Below, piece after piece: positions 37,814 through 53,082 of a stretch of DNA of 64,000 nt. The notes beneath the pieces were generated by a model. That model ran no database searches and was not told the DNA's origin. It was given only the letters and a program-made list of their open reading frames with translations. The stretch is taken from positions 281,542,001 through 281,606,000 of the forward strand of contig OZ024742.1 of the NCBI GenBank assembly GCA_964016885.1, read 5' to 3'. Origin of the DNA: Eledone cirrhosa (taxonomy: Eukaryota). Position 1 is the stretch's first letter. Each line of letters starts with the position of its first letter. A program made the position numbers and the translations under genes.

Positions 37814-37951
<138 letters not shown>

Positions 37952-38199
37952 TAGACTCTCTCGCTGTGTTTGACGCATGAGGGCCAAAATATGTTACTCT
38001 CACTTTACTCTACATTTTGGTGTTTGTGTCAACTGTGTGACACTCAGCCTGCTCTGCTTTTATGAACCAGATCACATCCTTGACACGCAAATCATTAAAC
38101 AGAAACACCATTCCTTTTACCATGCTTTAGATCACCTAGATCCTCAATTGTTGTGTTGACATGGCTTCTGATGCCATATTGACTGATTTTCCTCCACCT

Positions 38200-38905
38200 A
38201 TTAAATATGATGGTTGTATTCCAATATGCATGAAGTTATTCTTCAGTTTATCCTTATATCTAAGAAGAGGTCTTCCTAAGTTTCGCACTCCCACTTGAAG
38301 CCGTTCATATGTCAGGATTTTAGGCAGTCGTTCATCATTCATCCTAGCAATATTGCCATCTTTATTTTGCTTATCACATTTTTTAAACAACTGTTCACTA
38401 GAAACGTTTTCCTTCCATATAAAACAACAAATGTTTCTGAGACGTGTCTTGCGGAAAGTAAATAGCTGTGTAATATGTTGTACACGATTCAGACATATAC
38501 AGCAATTTTCAGATAAAAACTGTACACTAAACTGAAATTTTAGTTTTTAAATTCAATCCTCTTCAATTGCTTGCAGCTTTTCAAAGGCATCACTAGCCAT
38601 GGCGATTCTATTCGTTATTTCTTTGTCTAGATAAGCGCTAGAATTGATTTTACTTTCCGAGTATGTTGATGATTACACACATTTTAGAGGATTGTTGTCC
38701 ACAAGAATTTCAGGGTCTAGGTATTAATTTGCTCTCATGGCTGTTCTTCGAATATGTGTTGCTTGGGACTGATATATAACATCTGTCTTTTTAACACTTA
38801 TTGTTAGGCCAAACGCTTTTGTTGCAGAGGAAGACCGGCTTGCGAATTATTGTGCTTCTAAGAAGGAATTAGCTACTGTACCGTATCATCTAAAAACGAG
38901 AATTC
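38200..38905 (-). mobile_element. Degenerate RTE-clade LINE 3' fragment
   Basis: IARMNDERLPKILTYERLQVGVRNLGRPLLRYKDKLK; FGLTISVKKTDVI; LDKEITNRIAMASDAF. Confidence 0.8.
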
Positions 38906-39079
38906 TAAAAGCTTTTTTATCACGTAAGGATTTTTGACTTAAATATTTGCTGATTGAAAACAATTCACTTGTTTGGGGAGTTAACCCCTTGTTCTTTAGG
39001 AGAACTCTTCATGAAATATGAACGTATTTTGTGAAGTAATGGTTTTTGTTTAAATTTTGTCGTTGCACCTGACGCGAGA

Positions 39080-39247
39080 TTTTAGTTTTAGAAGGTGTCT
39101 TCCACTATACAGTGGTGGCCATAACTAGGCCCCGAAGTTTATGGGGTCGCAAACTTGTTAAGTGCCTGAAATGTTAATGTATACTAAATAAGGTGCTACA
39201 CACGCACACACACATTATATGTAAACGTAACTTTCCCGTTTTTTTTC

Positions 39248-39290
<43 letters not shown>

Positions 39291-40228
39291 AGTTATTCCG
39301 GGTTGAATCGGAGGTAACCACAGTAAGTAAGGTACTCAATACATAGCGGAGTATAAAATTCTATATTAAAACTATATATATATATATATATATATATGCC
39401 TGGCTTAATATTTCTTAACGATTGAAGCATGGTATATATTATAATTTTGGTTTCAGGTATGTTGTATCTGTCGGTTAATTTTGGGTTTATATTCTGATAT
39501 AAGCAGAGCCTCCATATTTATTCAGCTTGTTTTGTATAGAAATCTACATTGAATTCTAATGTGGCCCTATTTACTCTTTTTGCGTGTTCTGTATGGAAGT
39601 GTTTTCTGTTGAAAATGTAATGCCTGTGTAACCGATGGAACATTATTGTTCATGATGTTCACAAGTTCAAAATCTTGCTTCCACAATCTCCTACCAGTCA
39701 CATGATACTTACGACCAATACTAAGCACATGAGCAATATGCCAGTCGAATTCAGAAGGAGGAATCCTAAATGCACACTGGAACATAGGAATGTTACTGTT
39801 CCAAAATAAATAGCAAGAACTAATAAAAAAGAATACGAAACGTGAATTGGCAGTATCGGTAGAGGGTTGGACGCCATGTTTTCTAACATAGTTACGTCCC
39901 TTTACAGTCTGAGTTCAAATCGCGCCGAGGTTAACTTTGCCTTTCATCCTTACGGGGTCGATAAAATAAAGTACCAGTAATGTACTGGGTAATTGCTGGC
40001 CTTGTGCCTAAAGTAGAAACAATTATTAAATTAATAATTGGTGGATTGGCAGTATCGGTTGAGGGTCAGACACCATGCTTTCCAGCATAGTTACGTCCCT
40101 TTACGATCTGAGTTCAAATCCCGCCGAGGTTGACTTTGCCTTTCCTCCTTACGGGGTCGATAAAATAAAGTACCAGTAATGCACTGGGTAATTGCTGGCC
40201 TTGTGCCTAAAGTAGAAACAATTATTAA
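39080..40228 (+). repeat. Second copy of the 17-kb duplication followed by an extra tandem SINE (40040-40228)
   Basis: Sequence identity to 16999-17942; SINE dimer. Confidence 0.9.
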
Positions 40229-40265
40229 ATTAATACTTATGTACATAATATTTCACTGTCTGTCT

Positions 40266-40322
<57 letters not shown>

Positions 40323-40355
40323 TGTATATATATATATAATATATATATACATACC

Positions 40356-40386
<31 letters not shown>

Positions 40387-40494
40387 ATGTACCACTTATG
40401 TAATTGTAAGGCTTGTGTTGCTGTGTAATTTATGCAGAATGTGATTTCATGGAAATGAATGAACATCTCCATTAGTTTAACTGCACTCATACAA

Positions 40495-41112
40495 GTATTT
40501 CTTGATAGTTAAAATTATGCGTATATAATAGTGGGTAATCAATTAGCTATTTCTTGGTGCTTAAAAAAAAGGTTAAGCCTTGATGATTAAACAAACAATC
40601 ACTTCTCGATGGCTAAAAACGGAATGATGTTTTGATAGTTAAACAAATGAATATATTTTGATAGTTACGCAAGCGGATCTCTAAGGCGATGGTTAAATAA
40701 TCAGCTTGTTCTTTATGTCTACACAGCTATACCATGATGACTAAACAAACTCTTATTTCTTGATTATTTAATAAATTGCTCTACGTCAATCATTTAAGCA
40801 GTATCTATATATTGATTAATAAACAAAGATTTATGTTTTCATGGTTCAGTAGTTATATCTTAAGAGCTTATAAAATACCATTTTATTGGTATTTATACAG
40901 GGACCTCTTTATAGATGGTTACGCAAAAAGGTATTTGGTGAAGACTAACTATACAGCTATGCTATATATGGACATTTAAACAAACTACTAGAACTTGATA
41001 TATAAACTAATATATCTTGATGTATAAACAACCCGCTATATTTTGATGGTTAAACAAATAGATGGATCATCATATCTCGATTTAGATACATCTACTCGGA
41101 GGTTAAAACTAA
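40495..41112 (+). repeat. Highly diverged ~26-bp-period tandem array, consensus core TTGATGGTTAAACAAA
   Basis: Cores at 40502, 40554, 40580, 40606, 40632, 40658, 40686, 40734, 40760, 40812, 40838, 41017, 41043. Confidence 0.75.
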
Positions 41113-41789
41113 ATGCACAACACAGTACTTACTTTTCCTTTTATGTCAATTCAACTGAGATATTGTGGAGACTGAATGATACGTGTGTAGACAAATATTT
41201 AGATTCCGTTGATAGTATACTCATGATTGGATCCTTCAAGACTATTCGACTGGAAAAATACTACATGTCGTTTTCCCTCCTAGTTATTCTTTGTATTAAA
41301 TTAGAGACTCCACACAGTCTGTCGACATGCTAGAGATTTCAGCAAATCCTTCCATAAATCCAATAGACTGCCACATTACACGAATAAAGATCAAGTGTCC
41401 CAGTACCACATACAGTAAAATAAACGCCTTTACAAACATGCTTATAATTGATGTTAACGTACCTCTTGATAATTAAGCTATTACTCCACAAGAGAAGAGA
41501 AATGATCTATTTAATATACAGAAAATATGGGGTTCAATGTATTCTAACTGTCTACTTATTCTTCGTTTTCTTTTCAGATCTATTAAACTACATTGAGTTT
41601 CGGATCTATTAAACTACATTGAGAAATTCATGTTTATGATCGTCAAATTTGATGCATAGGTCACGTAACGCTGCTATTTCTACTTTGTCATCTATTTTAA
41701 AGTTGTTAACTATTTCGTTTGTTCCTAAGTTATTAGCATGATAAATACTTAAGTTGGTGTTCTCATAGATATTTGTGATATTGTTGGAG

Positions 41790-42470
41790 AGTCGTTTGCG
41801 GAATGTAGCCAATAAACACCTTTGTAAACTCATGCAGTTCGATATAGTACAATTTTATCTTTCCATAACTAAAATCATTCTGGCAAAATCTTTAGGATTC
41901 AGTAAAATTTTACTTAGTGCTTCTGACATTAATTTTATTATACATGCCAGCAAATCTTTACTATTTGATGGAATGATTTTGAGGTTAAATGTAATGGTAT
42001 CGTACGATGGCACTGAGGTTTGTGAATTGATACACTTGTATATCGTAGGCGTATCGCGAACGAGATTATTTCTTTAACGTGAGGATGAACTTACATTGCC
42101 AAGTATGAATAACAACGCAAGTATTGTTGTTAGAAAGGACTTCATCAACATATTCAAAGGGTTATATTTAAAGATCACAGCAGATACAAATCTAAGCATA
42201 TAAAATGTCATTAATGTAATTCTAGATTAAGGTTCTGCTAAATATTGTCCCTATTGAAAACTCAAGAAATTGTCCTATGGTAATATAAATTCTAACCAAC
42301 GCCAACACAAACCTCCAGAAATTTAATTAATATTACTAAGATCAGATCTTCTCATTTGTTGGGGAATACTTTAATTTGATTCTGGTTATGATAATGGCGC
42401 ATTAGAAGACAGTGGTTGCGAAGACAGAATACAATACTTGGAAAAGAATTAAGTCATGAAAGCAAATTGG
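41790..42470 (+). pseudogene. Old Naiad-like PLE RT fragment
   Basis: MQFDIVQFYLSITK, MVSYDGTEVCELI, remnants of YRDD, GLKIT and SNH motifs; homologous to the two PLE ORFs here. Confidence 0.75.
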
Positions 42471-43883
42471 AAAACGAAATCCATTCTATTATTCTCTATA
42501 TAATTTAAATGTATATTTCCACGCTTCCACTGTTTTCCTAAACATTGTAAATAAACATTCCATACACCATATATATTACAAGATATGTAATATAAATAGT
42601 GTTGTGGTGAGCTATTGTTGTATCAGAATCTGTGTTGTTTACATAGCCAGTATAAACCGAAGCAAACCTTTCAGCATAAGTATGCAACATTCCCCTACAC
42701 TAATTGCATCATACTTAATATATGCTCTCGCATCTGTATGTATTCTTTCGAAGCATTAGTTTATGAAGCTGTCTCTGTTACAATAAAGCTGTCACTCTGT
42801 TACCATTATTGTGAAACAAAAAATTATATTGCTTTCTGAATATCAGTTTTAAAAAGATGCATGAAAGATTTGCTTCCATCCAACCACTCAGAAAGATAAC
42901 TTACCACGTTATTATCCATATATGTCCGTTGTTTAAAGAATAATAGCATTAGGAAATGAAACGGATTCGATCATCACTTCTTGCAGATGAAGCAACATAA
43001 GAACATAAGGCACCGACCGGTCTAGGAATCGAACTCACAACATTATAGTCTTCATTCAATTACCCGAATGATTACACTAAACACATTTACTACCATTGAT
43101 AGTATTAACAATAATAATATTCAAAATTATAAAATAGTCAGCTTTATTGTAGAACACCTGTATATATATATATCTTCAAAAGTTGTGATCATTACCCCTC
43201 AAAGACATATGACATCTTATTACAGACACTTTGAAAAACTTAAAAAAGAGATCAAAATTAGTGAATTCTTGCAGGCACTTCCTATGATATTTATGGAGAA
43301 ATCTTCAAATACTAATCGGTGAAAATAGCTTATTCCCCACAGAATTGATTTGCTTTACCCTAAAAGATGGTAAAATATTGAAAGAAATACACTCAACATT
43401 TTATCAACAATATAACTGTACAAAAAATAGTGAACTTCCATACTTTAGTGTGTATTACACATAGGAAACCATAGACATGGATATATCATGTAGTTTAGCA
43501 AGTGAATACATAGACAGATCACGTGAACTGTGTATGCTAATTGAATAGATGAATGAGTGATTTATTTGCTAACGTTTTTATTGAGCAACTATTAAAATCT
43601 GAATAACTATTAATATTTAGATCTATTTATGAATATTTTTTCATCTATATAGTTAACTTATCTTCCATGGCTTGAATTATCAGTAACGATTCAAGAAGCA
43701 TAAGCTTTTAACAAAGTATACAAACACTAATTTATGTATTGAGTACTTTTGTTTATCTGTTTATACATACGCACATACAGTGACGAACAAAAACACACAC
43801 AAATACATATACATGAACACAGATAAACAGACACGTATTTCGCAATGTGTATCTTTGAATGAACACACACATCCACACGCATA

Positions 43884-43917
<34 letters not shown>

Positions 43918-43960
43918 TATGCGTGTGTATGTTTCAATACATATACATTCACAGGCATAA

Positions 43961-44113
<153 letters not shown>

Positions 44114-44379
44114 TGTAGTTATGCCTGTGAATGTATATGTATTGAAACATACACATTGCGAAAGGACAGGGATAGAAGGATATAGAAATAAAGGAAGACA
44201 GAAAGGAAGAAGAAAATGAAAGAAAGATAGAAAGTAAGAGAGGACAAATACATTATTAATATTCACGTGATAGAAATTTGATTCATATTTCCTCACGGAA
44301 TATCGATAGGAAACAGTGATACATCATATTGATAACATTATAGTCTCTTCTACCACACACATTCCACACTATATACACG

Positions 44380-44830
44380 CATATACACATACACACATGC
44401 ATATACATACATGCATACATACATACGTACATACATGCATACGTACATACATACATACCTACATACATACATGCATACATGCATACGTACATGCATACAT
44501 ACGTACATATATGCATACATACGTACATATATGCATACATACAGACAGACATACGTACGTACATACATACATACATACATATGTACGTACATACATACAT
44601 ACATACATATGTACGTACATACATACATATGTACGTACATACATACATATGTACGTACGTACATACATACATACATACATACATACATACATACATACAT
44701 ACATACATACATACATACATACATACGTACGTACGTACATACATACGTATATACATACATACATACATACATACATACATACACACACAGACAGACAGAA
44801 AGACAGACAGAAAGACAGGCAGACAGACTT
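44380..44830. repeat. (TACA)n-type compound microsatellite
   Basis: Direct inspection. Confidence 0.95.
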
Positions 44831-44915
44831 ACATACAGAGACTTACATCAGTATTCTTTAGTTATTTAATTGCTTTTAACGATCGTCGCAACTCAACTAA
44901 GGTTGTGTTATGGAC

Positions 44916-45032
<117 letters not shown>

Positions 45033-45183
45033 AAAGATTTACATATACATAAAGTCATGGTATATATTTTATCTAATAATTCTAAGGACATGATTTATGA
45101 TATATATATATATATATATATGTCTGTGTGTGTGTGTGTGTGTGCGTGTGTGTATTATATATAATATGTATATATATAATTAT

Positions 45184-45233
<50 letters not shown>

Positions 45234-45270
45234 ATACTTGGGGAGGGTCATATTTGTATATAAGTTTTAT

Positions 45271-45462
45271 ACCGGTTTCAATCGAAGGTAACCACAGTAA
45301 GTAAGGTACTCAAAACATAGCAGAGTATAAATATTTAATATAGAAATGGCTGCTACAGGACTAGAACTGTTTCATTCGGGAAAAATCCTCTGGAAGCCAG
45401 GCTTCCTAATGATTTCTGCCCAATGCAACAGTTCTAGTCCTGTAGAAGCAATTTCTATATTA
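45271..45462. mobile_element. Head-to-head fold-back of the 27943 pLTR family with two degenerate hammerheads
   Basis: ggcttc-CTAATGA-tttctgcccaat-GCAA-cagttctagtcctg-TA-gaagc on + and its mirror on -; centre ~45399. Confidence 0.7.
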
Positions 45463-45629
45463 TATATATGTGTGTGTTTGTATGTGTCAGTGCGTATATT
45501 TTATGTGTGTTTATAAATATTTCTATAAATGACTGTAGCATTCTATATGTCTATGTACGATTGAGGCCGTAGTTGTATAAATATATATACCCTGGGTACA
45601 AACTAAACACAAGTACATGTGACCTTTAT

Positions 45630-45775
45630 GATCAGATTTTAAATCCCGCCGAGGTTAATTTTACCTTCATCCTTACGGGGTCGATAAAATAAAGTACCAG
45701 TCACGTACTGAGGTCGATTTAATCGACTTCCCCTTCCCCAAATTGCTGGCCTTGTGCCTGTATAAGAAACTATTA
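45630..45775 (+). mobile_element. SINE
   Basis: Core and tail match the family. Confidence 0.8.
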
Positions 45776-46489
45776 TTTGTGCATTTTGGTCCTTGCTGTG
45801 TAATTTTCTGGAAGTTTTAGTTCGTTGTCGTCATGTAAAATTCTCTAGTAGAATATTTACCTATCTTGTTAGATGCTGTGTTCCCGAATGTTCCAACAAT
45901 ACTGTCAATAGTGGTCGAAATTGTGACCTTCCATTTCGACAATGGAGTTTTTGTATCTGTTGCCAATTTTGCAATATATATAACACATATTCATATGCAT
46001 ATACACAAATATTTACAAATATCAGTACATGTGTGTATGCACAATTGTGCAAAACAAAATCCAATTATGGGATTAAAATCAACATCCAGAGTCACAAATA
46101 TATTTATATACCCACTCATTAATAAACATCGACCAACGTGATGTTACATGGTATTGACGATCAACAGCGAAAATCTAGCCTGAATCTAAACATTATCATT
46201 GTAATGTTAGTGGGCCACCCAACACTCAGATTGGAATTTTATCATTTTGTGGATTATAATTGAATTGCTTTCAAAATAGCATGGTATTTTAATAATATAA
46301 ACAGTACAAGCCAAAACATCCTTCTTGAACACATGAATATTTCGTCACTAAAATGTTATTTCGTCGGAATCAAAAGTCTTTAATGTCTGGGGGAAATTCA
46401 GACTAACAGACCAAATAAATATTCAATATATGAACATTTTTTGGTCGGTTAATCTTTACAGATCTGCATGGATTTCTCATTTACATTAA

Positions 46490-46566
<77 letters not shown>

Positions 46567-46607
46567 GATATAGATATATTATGTGCGTGTGTGTATGTGT
46601 ATGTGTT

Positions 46608-46638
<31 letters not shown>

Positions 46639-47334
46639 GCATACACTTAGCATTGCCATCTTTATGTGCAGATCTTTTTTTTTCAGAAGTCTCATGGCGG
46701 TGGAGGAGTAGCAACGTGTGTAGACTCGACCGGTTAGAAGCCCATAGTCACAAATCTACATGTGGGCGGCTCGAATCTTATCCTAACGTCTCTGCACTGT
46801 TAATCTGAGCAGCAACATGCTTTGGCGGACTCTTTAGCGTCTGAGCAGCCCTTTTGGGGGAGGCATTGCTCACCCACACCACATGGGAGGTGTCTAGAAA
46901 AGGTGACCTAAACAAAGTCGTTCGTGACCAACCTTTCACCAGCTTTACGTTTGGAATGTAAGACATCATGTACACACGCTCACTCATAAACAAACACATA
47001 CACAGAAACAAACAAACACACAGACACACACACACAAGGATTCACATACATTATATTATATTATATTATATTATTATATCATAGACATCATAGAGTTTGA
47101 GTATCTTTCCTCAAAATAGGCTAGCAGACACCTCAGCGTCTGTAGCCCTTAACTAAGTTCAAGAAATGTCTTTTGAAGTATGATATTAAATTAATAAGGA
47201 CTGACTCGAGGTTTTCAAAGAGCAAACAAGCTATTGGATACTGCACGAGTGCATGATATACCGAGAGAGAGAGGGGGAGAGAGAGAGAGAGAGAGTAAGA
47301 GAGAGAGAGAGAAAGAAAGAGAGAGAGAGAGAGT

Positions 47335-47403
<69 letters not shown>

Positions 47404-47728
47404 TTGTGGTACTGTAAACGTAAGAGGAGGACAGGAATGAAATCGTTTCCGTGTTTGTATATATGTGTGTAAAAGAGAGATAGAGCGAGCGTGAGGTCAC
47501 TTCAATTTTGTTATATAATTTATTTGGCTTTCATGCCCACTGAGCTATCAATTTCAGGAAGATGACGCTGCCTTCCTTTCGATTTACTGTCAATTCTGAG
47601 TTTGTCTTATTACACTAGACAGACAGTCAAGAGAGTATTTAAAATAGTTTTCATGAACATAAACATACACATGTGCACAGACACACACTCACTGACACAC
47701 CCACACACATACACACATACACACTCAG

Positions 47729-47794
<66 letters not shown>

Positions 47795-47961
47795 GTGTGT
47801 GCGTGTATATATATGAGACAGAGAGATACATCTATTCTATCGCATAATCTATAATATCTAAGTCATGGTATATATTAAATATATCTGCCTATCTATCCAG
47901 CAATCATATTCCCATCTAAATAATTATATATGAATAAATTATATGTATATTGTACATGGTT

Positions 47962-48046
<85 letters not shown>

Positions 48047-49072
48047 CTTATATATATATATATTGAGAGAAAAAGACAGAAAAAAGTCATACTGAAGCAT
48101 GCCTAATATATACATGCAATATTGAGTTATTCATTGGGTTTAATAAATCTATACGCACTTACAGGAATTATGTTCATATAACTATATTCATACACCCAAA
48201 CACACATTTATATATGCATATATGTATGAATGTATATGTATGTATATATATATATATGTGTGTGTGTGTATCTGTGTGCATATATTTAATTGGAGGTAGC
48301 ACTAAGACAGCGTTTAAGCATATTAGAGGTGTATATTAAAGAATATATAGACATATATAATTGGTAACGAAACGAAATGAATTTTATTTTCCTCTATGAA
48401 TATATCATACAGTTACCTGTATGTTCTGAGAATAAGAGATTATTGTTTCAAGATTTGTTACTATTTCGTCAGTGGCACCCGTGTTAACCTGGCATGAAAT
48501 AGAGACAATATTCTATGAAAATATTTATAAAAATAGTATTCTTCAGCAGTGAGGCTACCCATATGCTTATTGTATAACAACTTATTATATGTGTTTATAT
48601 ATGTTTTTATAAACAGCTCTATTTTGATTAAAAGCTTTCTTAGTACTACCTCCAATCAAATATAACCAACCAAGCTCACACTATATGCAAATGACCATAT
48701 CTAGCCAAAGTTTTCTATTTGCTATATGCAAATGTGCATCTCCAGCAAGTGCCTCTCACGCAAAATTTTCAAAGATTAGTCTCTTAATTGCCAGTAAGTT
48801 TTTTAAGTGAGTGTCACTAACGAATGATTAACAAATCGTGAAAGAGCGCTGTCTGAAATTCTCAGAACATACAGGCAACTCTATGATACATTCATAGATA
48901 AAAATATTTTTTTTTGTTTTCGATTCGTTTTGTTTCGTTACGAAAACTGTTTTTATTGTATATAAATGTATTATATATGTTTCTGATTTCATATACATCT
49001 CTAACACACACATATATATATATCTATATCTATATATGTAATATATATATATAGATATATATTTTTTTTTTT

Positions 49073-49388
<316 letters not shown>

Positions 49389-49389
49389 A

Positions 49390-50445
49390 CACGGGTGTGT
49401 ATAGAAGATTATATTAATAAAAGGAATTCCAACTTTGTCTGATTTACTCGTTTTATTTACAATCCTTTAAATTTTATAACGGTATTAGAATGAAATAGTA
49501 TGGTAGAATATTAAAAGTTAAGTGTTAATTGAACAAGTACTTTTTCATGCTTTAGCAATCTTCAGGTTCACAATGTGTCATGTTTGCAATTTTCAACTGT
49601 AATGAGATGGGTAAATTTTGTGCCTTATATACAGTGAAAAGTGGCTCCAGAATACTAAATCTTGCAAACTGTATTTCGACCAATCGGTGTGTAGTTTCAC
49701 TGGATTACTAAAGCTGATTGGTTTAGGCGTCACGGTTGGTTGAGCATGTCTAACGACTACTAATTGACCCTATCCAAAGCATCAATTGTTTTGCTATTTT
49801 TAGAAATGATGAAAATAGCATTTTCTAGTAATCATCACTATCAACATCACTTTTATTATTATTATTTCTGTTGTTGTTGTTGTTAGTGGTCGTAGTCATA
49901 GTCATAGTAGGATATCCCATTATTATTGTTCATTTAGCTTGGGTTTGAATTTATCAATAAAATTCTTTTCTTTGATTTTTCTCTTGATTTCACTTGGGCT
50001 GTGTAATTTGTAGAATGGGAATATTATAAATATTCCCTGACCACATGTTGCTAGATGGTTACTTAGGGGTATCTGACGGACATTTGGGTCTCTGATTTGC
50101 TGTCGGAGTATCCGTGCACGTTCCGATAGTGCATTTCCAGTTTGACCGACATATAGTTCTTCACAATTCGGGAATTTAATGCAGTAAATTAGATTTCTGC
50201 TTTTGCAGTTCATATTTGCTTTTGGGAATATTTTTCCAGTTTTTGTTTTCATATATTGACCGGCGTGTATGGATTGACATGTGCCACATCGACTATCATT
50301 GCATTTAGATACAGTGAATTATTGGTCTTTGTTGTTAAGGTCAAACTTTGCTTTTGTTAGTAATTGCTTCAAATTTTTCGGCTGTCTTTTATTAAGAGTG
50401 AAATATCGATCTGTGATTAAGCCTAGGCTTAAAGAAGATCTTACA
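49390..50445 (-). mobile_element. Neptune-type PLE 3' portion: Cys-rich linker, GIY-YIG endonuclease, pLTR with hammerhead (49531-49570)
   Basis: KCNDSRCGTCQ linker; NCKSRNLIYCI..LYVGQT..LSER..H..EKNFI..PKLN; minus strand gaac-CTGAAGA-t-tgc-taaa-gca-t-GAAA-aaGTAC-TT-gttc. Confidence 0.85.
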
Positions 50446-50459
50446 GGCTTATGGAATCT

Positions 50460-51445
50460 CCAAGAAGGTAGTGGACCTGATATCACTGCTCTACACCAAC
50501 ACCAAAGCCCAAGTCATTACACCTGATGGGATGACAGAGTTCTTTGAGATACTAGCTGGAATGCTCCAGGGAGATACATTGGGTCCCTACCTTTTTATCA
50601 TCGTAGTGGACTGTTGTATGCGCCTTGCACTGGAGAAACACCAGGACTCTGGCTTTACTGTAGCACCGGCTCAGAGCAGGAGTGTTAAGGCGAAAAAGAT
50701 ATCGGATGCTGAACTTGCTGACGACATTTTTTTGGTGACAAATACAGTGAAGGAGGCAGAAGATTTGATGCAGGAGGTTGAGTGTGGGGCTGAGAATGAA
50801 TGAGACTAAAACAAAATATCTGGTAGAGAATGTTGAGAAGCCAGAGGGGATCACTAATGTAGGCGGGAAGCCGCTAGAATTGGTTGAGGACTTCCTGTAT
50901 TTGGGAGCAAAGATTGGGAATGCGGAAGATGATGTGGTTGAGAGGAAGAGCAAAGCCTGGGCGGCGTGCTACAGCTTGAGATCGGTGTGGAAGTCGGACC
51001 TTCGTAAAGACCTGAAAATCAGCCTCTTCATTGCTGTAGTGGAGTCTGTGCTGCTGTACGTGTCTGAGACTTGGAAACTGACCAAGAAACTCATTCAGAT
51101 GGTGGATGCTGAGGATGGCTCTGAACATTAATCAGTATACACTGAGGATGAAAAACTCAGAGCTGTATGGGAGCCTCCCAAAAGTCAGCTCAAAAGTGAC
51201 ACAGAGGAGACTGGGGTTAGCTGGATATGCTCACCGACATCCGGAGTTGACATTGCACTCAGTGCTCCTGTGAGAGCCCCTACATTGACAAACTGGAAGA
51301 GGAAAACCAAGGTTAACGTATGTTGATGCCCTAAGGACAAACACTTGTCTGTTTTTAGACGCATTACATCCCAGCGATAATGAGCGTCAAAGACCGCTGG
51401 AGAGAACTCGTCCATGGATCACGGGAATTTTACCCGCCCTAGAAA
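50460..51445 (+). mobile_element. RTE-type (RTE-X-like) LINE 3' fragment, frameshifted
   Basis: LYTNTKAQVITPDG..GMLQGDTLGPYLFIIVVD, LADDI, VEDFLYLG, VESVLLYVSETW. Confidence 0.85.
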
Positions 51446-51460
51446 TATATATATATATAT

Positions 51461-51668
51461 ATAGGAACGAGTAGGACCCCGACGGCTGACCTCAAGCCGT
51501 TTCGACGGCTAATTCTGGACTAAATTTAGTCCAGAATTAGCCGTCGAAACAGCTTGAGCTCAGCCGGCGGGGTCCTACACGTTCCTATTACCCACTCTAC
51601 TACACTAACTATTGAGTACTTTGGTGCGTTATGGTCCATCTGGTTCCTTACCACATTTCCTTCGTTAT
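51461..51668 (+). mobile_element. Fold-back hammerhead-half element (family of 1-178)
   Basis: Palindrome 51461-51588 plus tail, in (TA)n. Confidence 0.75.
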
Positions 51669-51699
51669 ATATATACATATATAAATGTATATATAATGT

Positions 51700-52236
51700 A
51701 TTTTGCAATACACTGTATGCTTAATTAAAAGCAATTCGAAGACCTTATGCTATTGTTTTAAAGTAGTGACAGTCTCACTTACTTTAAATTTTCAGCAAAC
51801 AGGGGAGATAAAGCTGACAGAACTATGTTTCGTACTGATTGGTACTTATCAAAGCCAAGTACTCCACCTGTTTGCTGAAAATCATGAATGTTTGATTCTT
51901 ATAGAATTTCTAGTAATAATCAGGAACTGAATATACAGAGCGGTTGCCGGTCAAGCAGAAATTGAAAATTAGAATTGGCGCTCTGAAATAGCGATATGTA
52001 TATATGAATGTATATATAGTGTATTTTGCTTAATTAAAAGCATTTCGAAGACCTTATCCTATTGTTTTAAAGTAGTGACAGTCTCACTTACTTTAAATTT
52101 TCAGCAAACAGGGGAGATAAGTAGTGAGACTGTCACTACTTTAAAACAATAGCATAAGGTCTTCGAAATGCTTTTAATTAAGCAAAATACACTATATATA
52201 CATTCATATATATATATCGCTATTTCAGAGCGCCAA

Positions 52237-52242
<6 letters not shown>
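51700..52242. mobile_element. Tandem plus inverted rearranged non-coding element in (TA)n
   Basis: 51717-51810 repeats at 52027-52120; 52121-52242 is the reverse complement of ~51969-52090. Confidence 0.65.
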
Positions 52243-52295
<53 letters not shown>

Positions 52296-52749
52296 ATATG
52301 TGTGTGTATGTGTGTGTGTGTGTGTAAGTTAATCAATAAACCTTGGGCAATGTCCACTAACAATGCTGATCCTAAAATACGTTGATGCTCTCGATGTCTA
52401 ATTTGAACGGTTGTATGTTAAACTGCGCAGGAAGATCGTGAGTAAATGTTTGAAGATCTTTGAATATCAAAGAACCACATATTTTTATTTTGTTTACATT
52501 GCGTATTATGACGGATATTCTACACCTTGTTTTCGTTACAGGATTAAAACGCAACCGATTCCACTTGTTTGAAAAAGTCTGTTAGAGACCTGTACCTCCC
52601 CATTAAATCGACACCACCAATTAAGTTATAATATTTAATAAAAATAATTATAAAAACATTATAGCTTTATCGCCAACACGTCAATGTTTAATAACAAACA
52701 AACCAACTAAACTAATCAAGACTAACTAGTTGTACAGGAATAAATATAA

Positions 52750-53082
52750 TCAGTCATGCAACATTTAGTGGGCCCTGCCACCGAAGGGGGCGTTGAGAAG
52801 TCCAAGGAAGCGCTGGGGCCTAAGGGGATGGTAGGGATGATAAAATAGTATATTAAATATTAAATGATATATATTATATATAAATATAGTAAAATAAAAA
52901 AATATATATTTATTTATAGAGAGTATATATAATATTTATTATATATAAATTAACGATTTCATTTATTATATATTATTTACAATTTGTGTATAGGCAGATC
53001 TCTCTGAAAATAGGGTTGGGGGCGCTGAGCGTATTACGTGGCCGTGAAGGGTGCTGTAACCCAAAACGTTTGAGAACCTCTG
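52750..53082. mobile_element. hAT-like non-autonomous DNA transposon (MITE)
   Basis: Right end aaaacgtttgagaacctctg is typical of hAT/Charlie TIRs; GC-rich subterminal motifs and AT-rich core; left TIR is degenerate. Confidence 0.5.

Noticed and set aside
40495-41112. CRISPR-like array
   Set aside because: Eukaryotic context, degenerate repeats, ~10-nt spacers and no cas genes
46690-46960. GC-rich island resembling a LINE 5'UTR with an HDV-like ribozyme on the minus strand
   Set aside because: P3/L3 and P4-like parts can be drawn but P1 and P2 do not pair; probably a repeat fragment, structure unsupported
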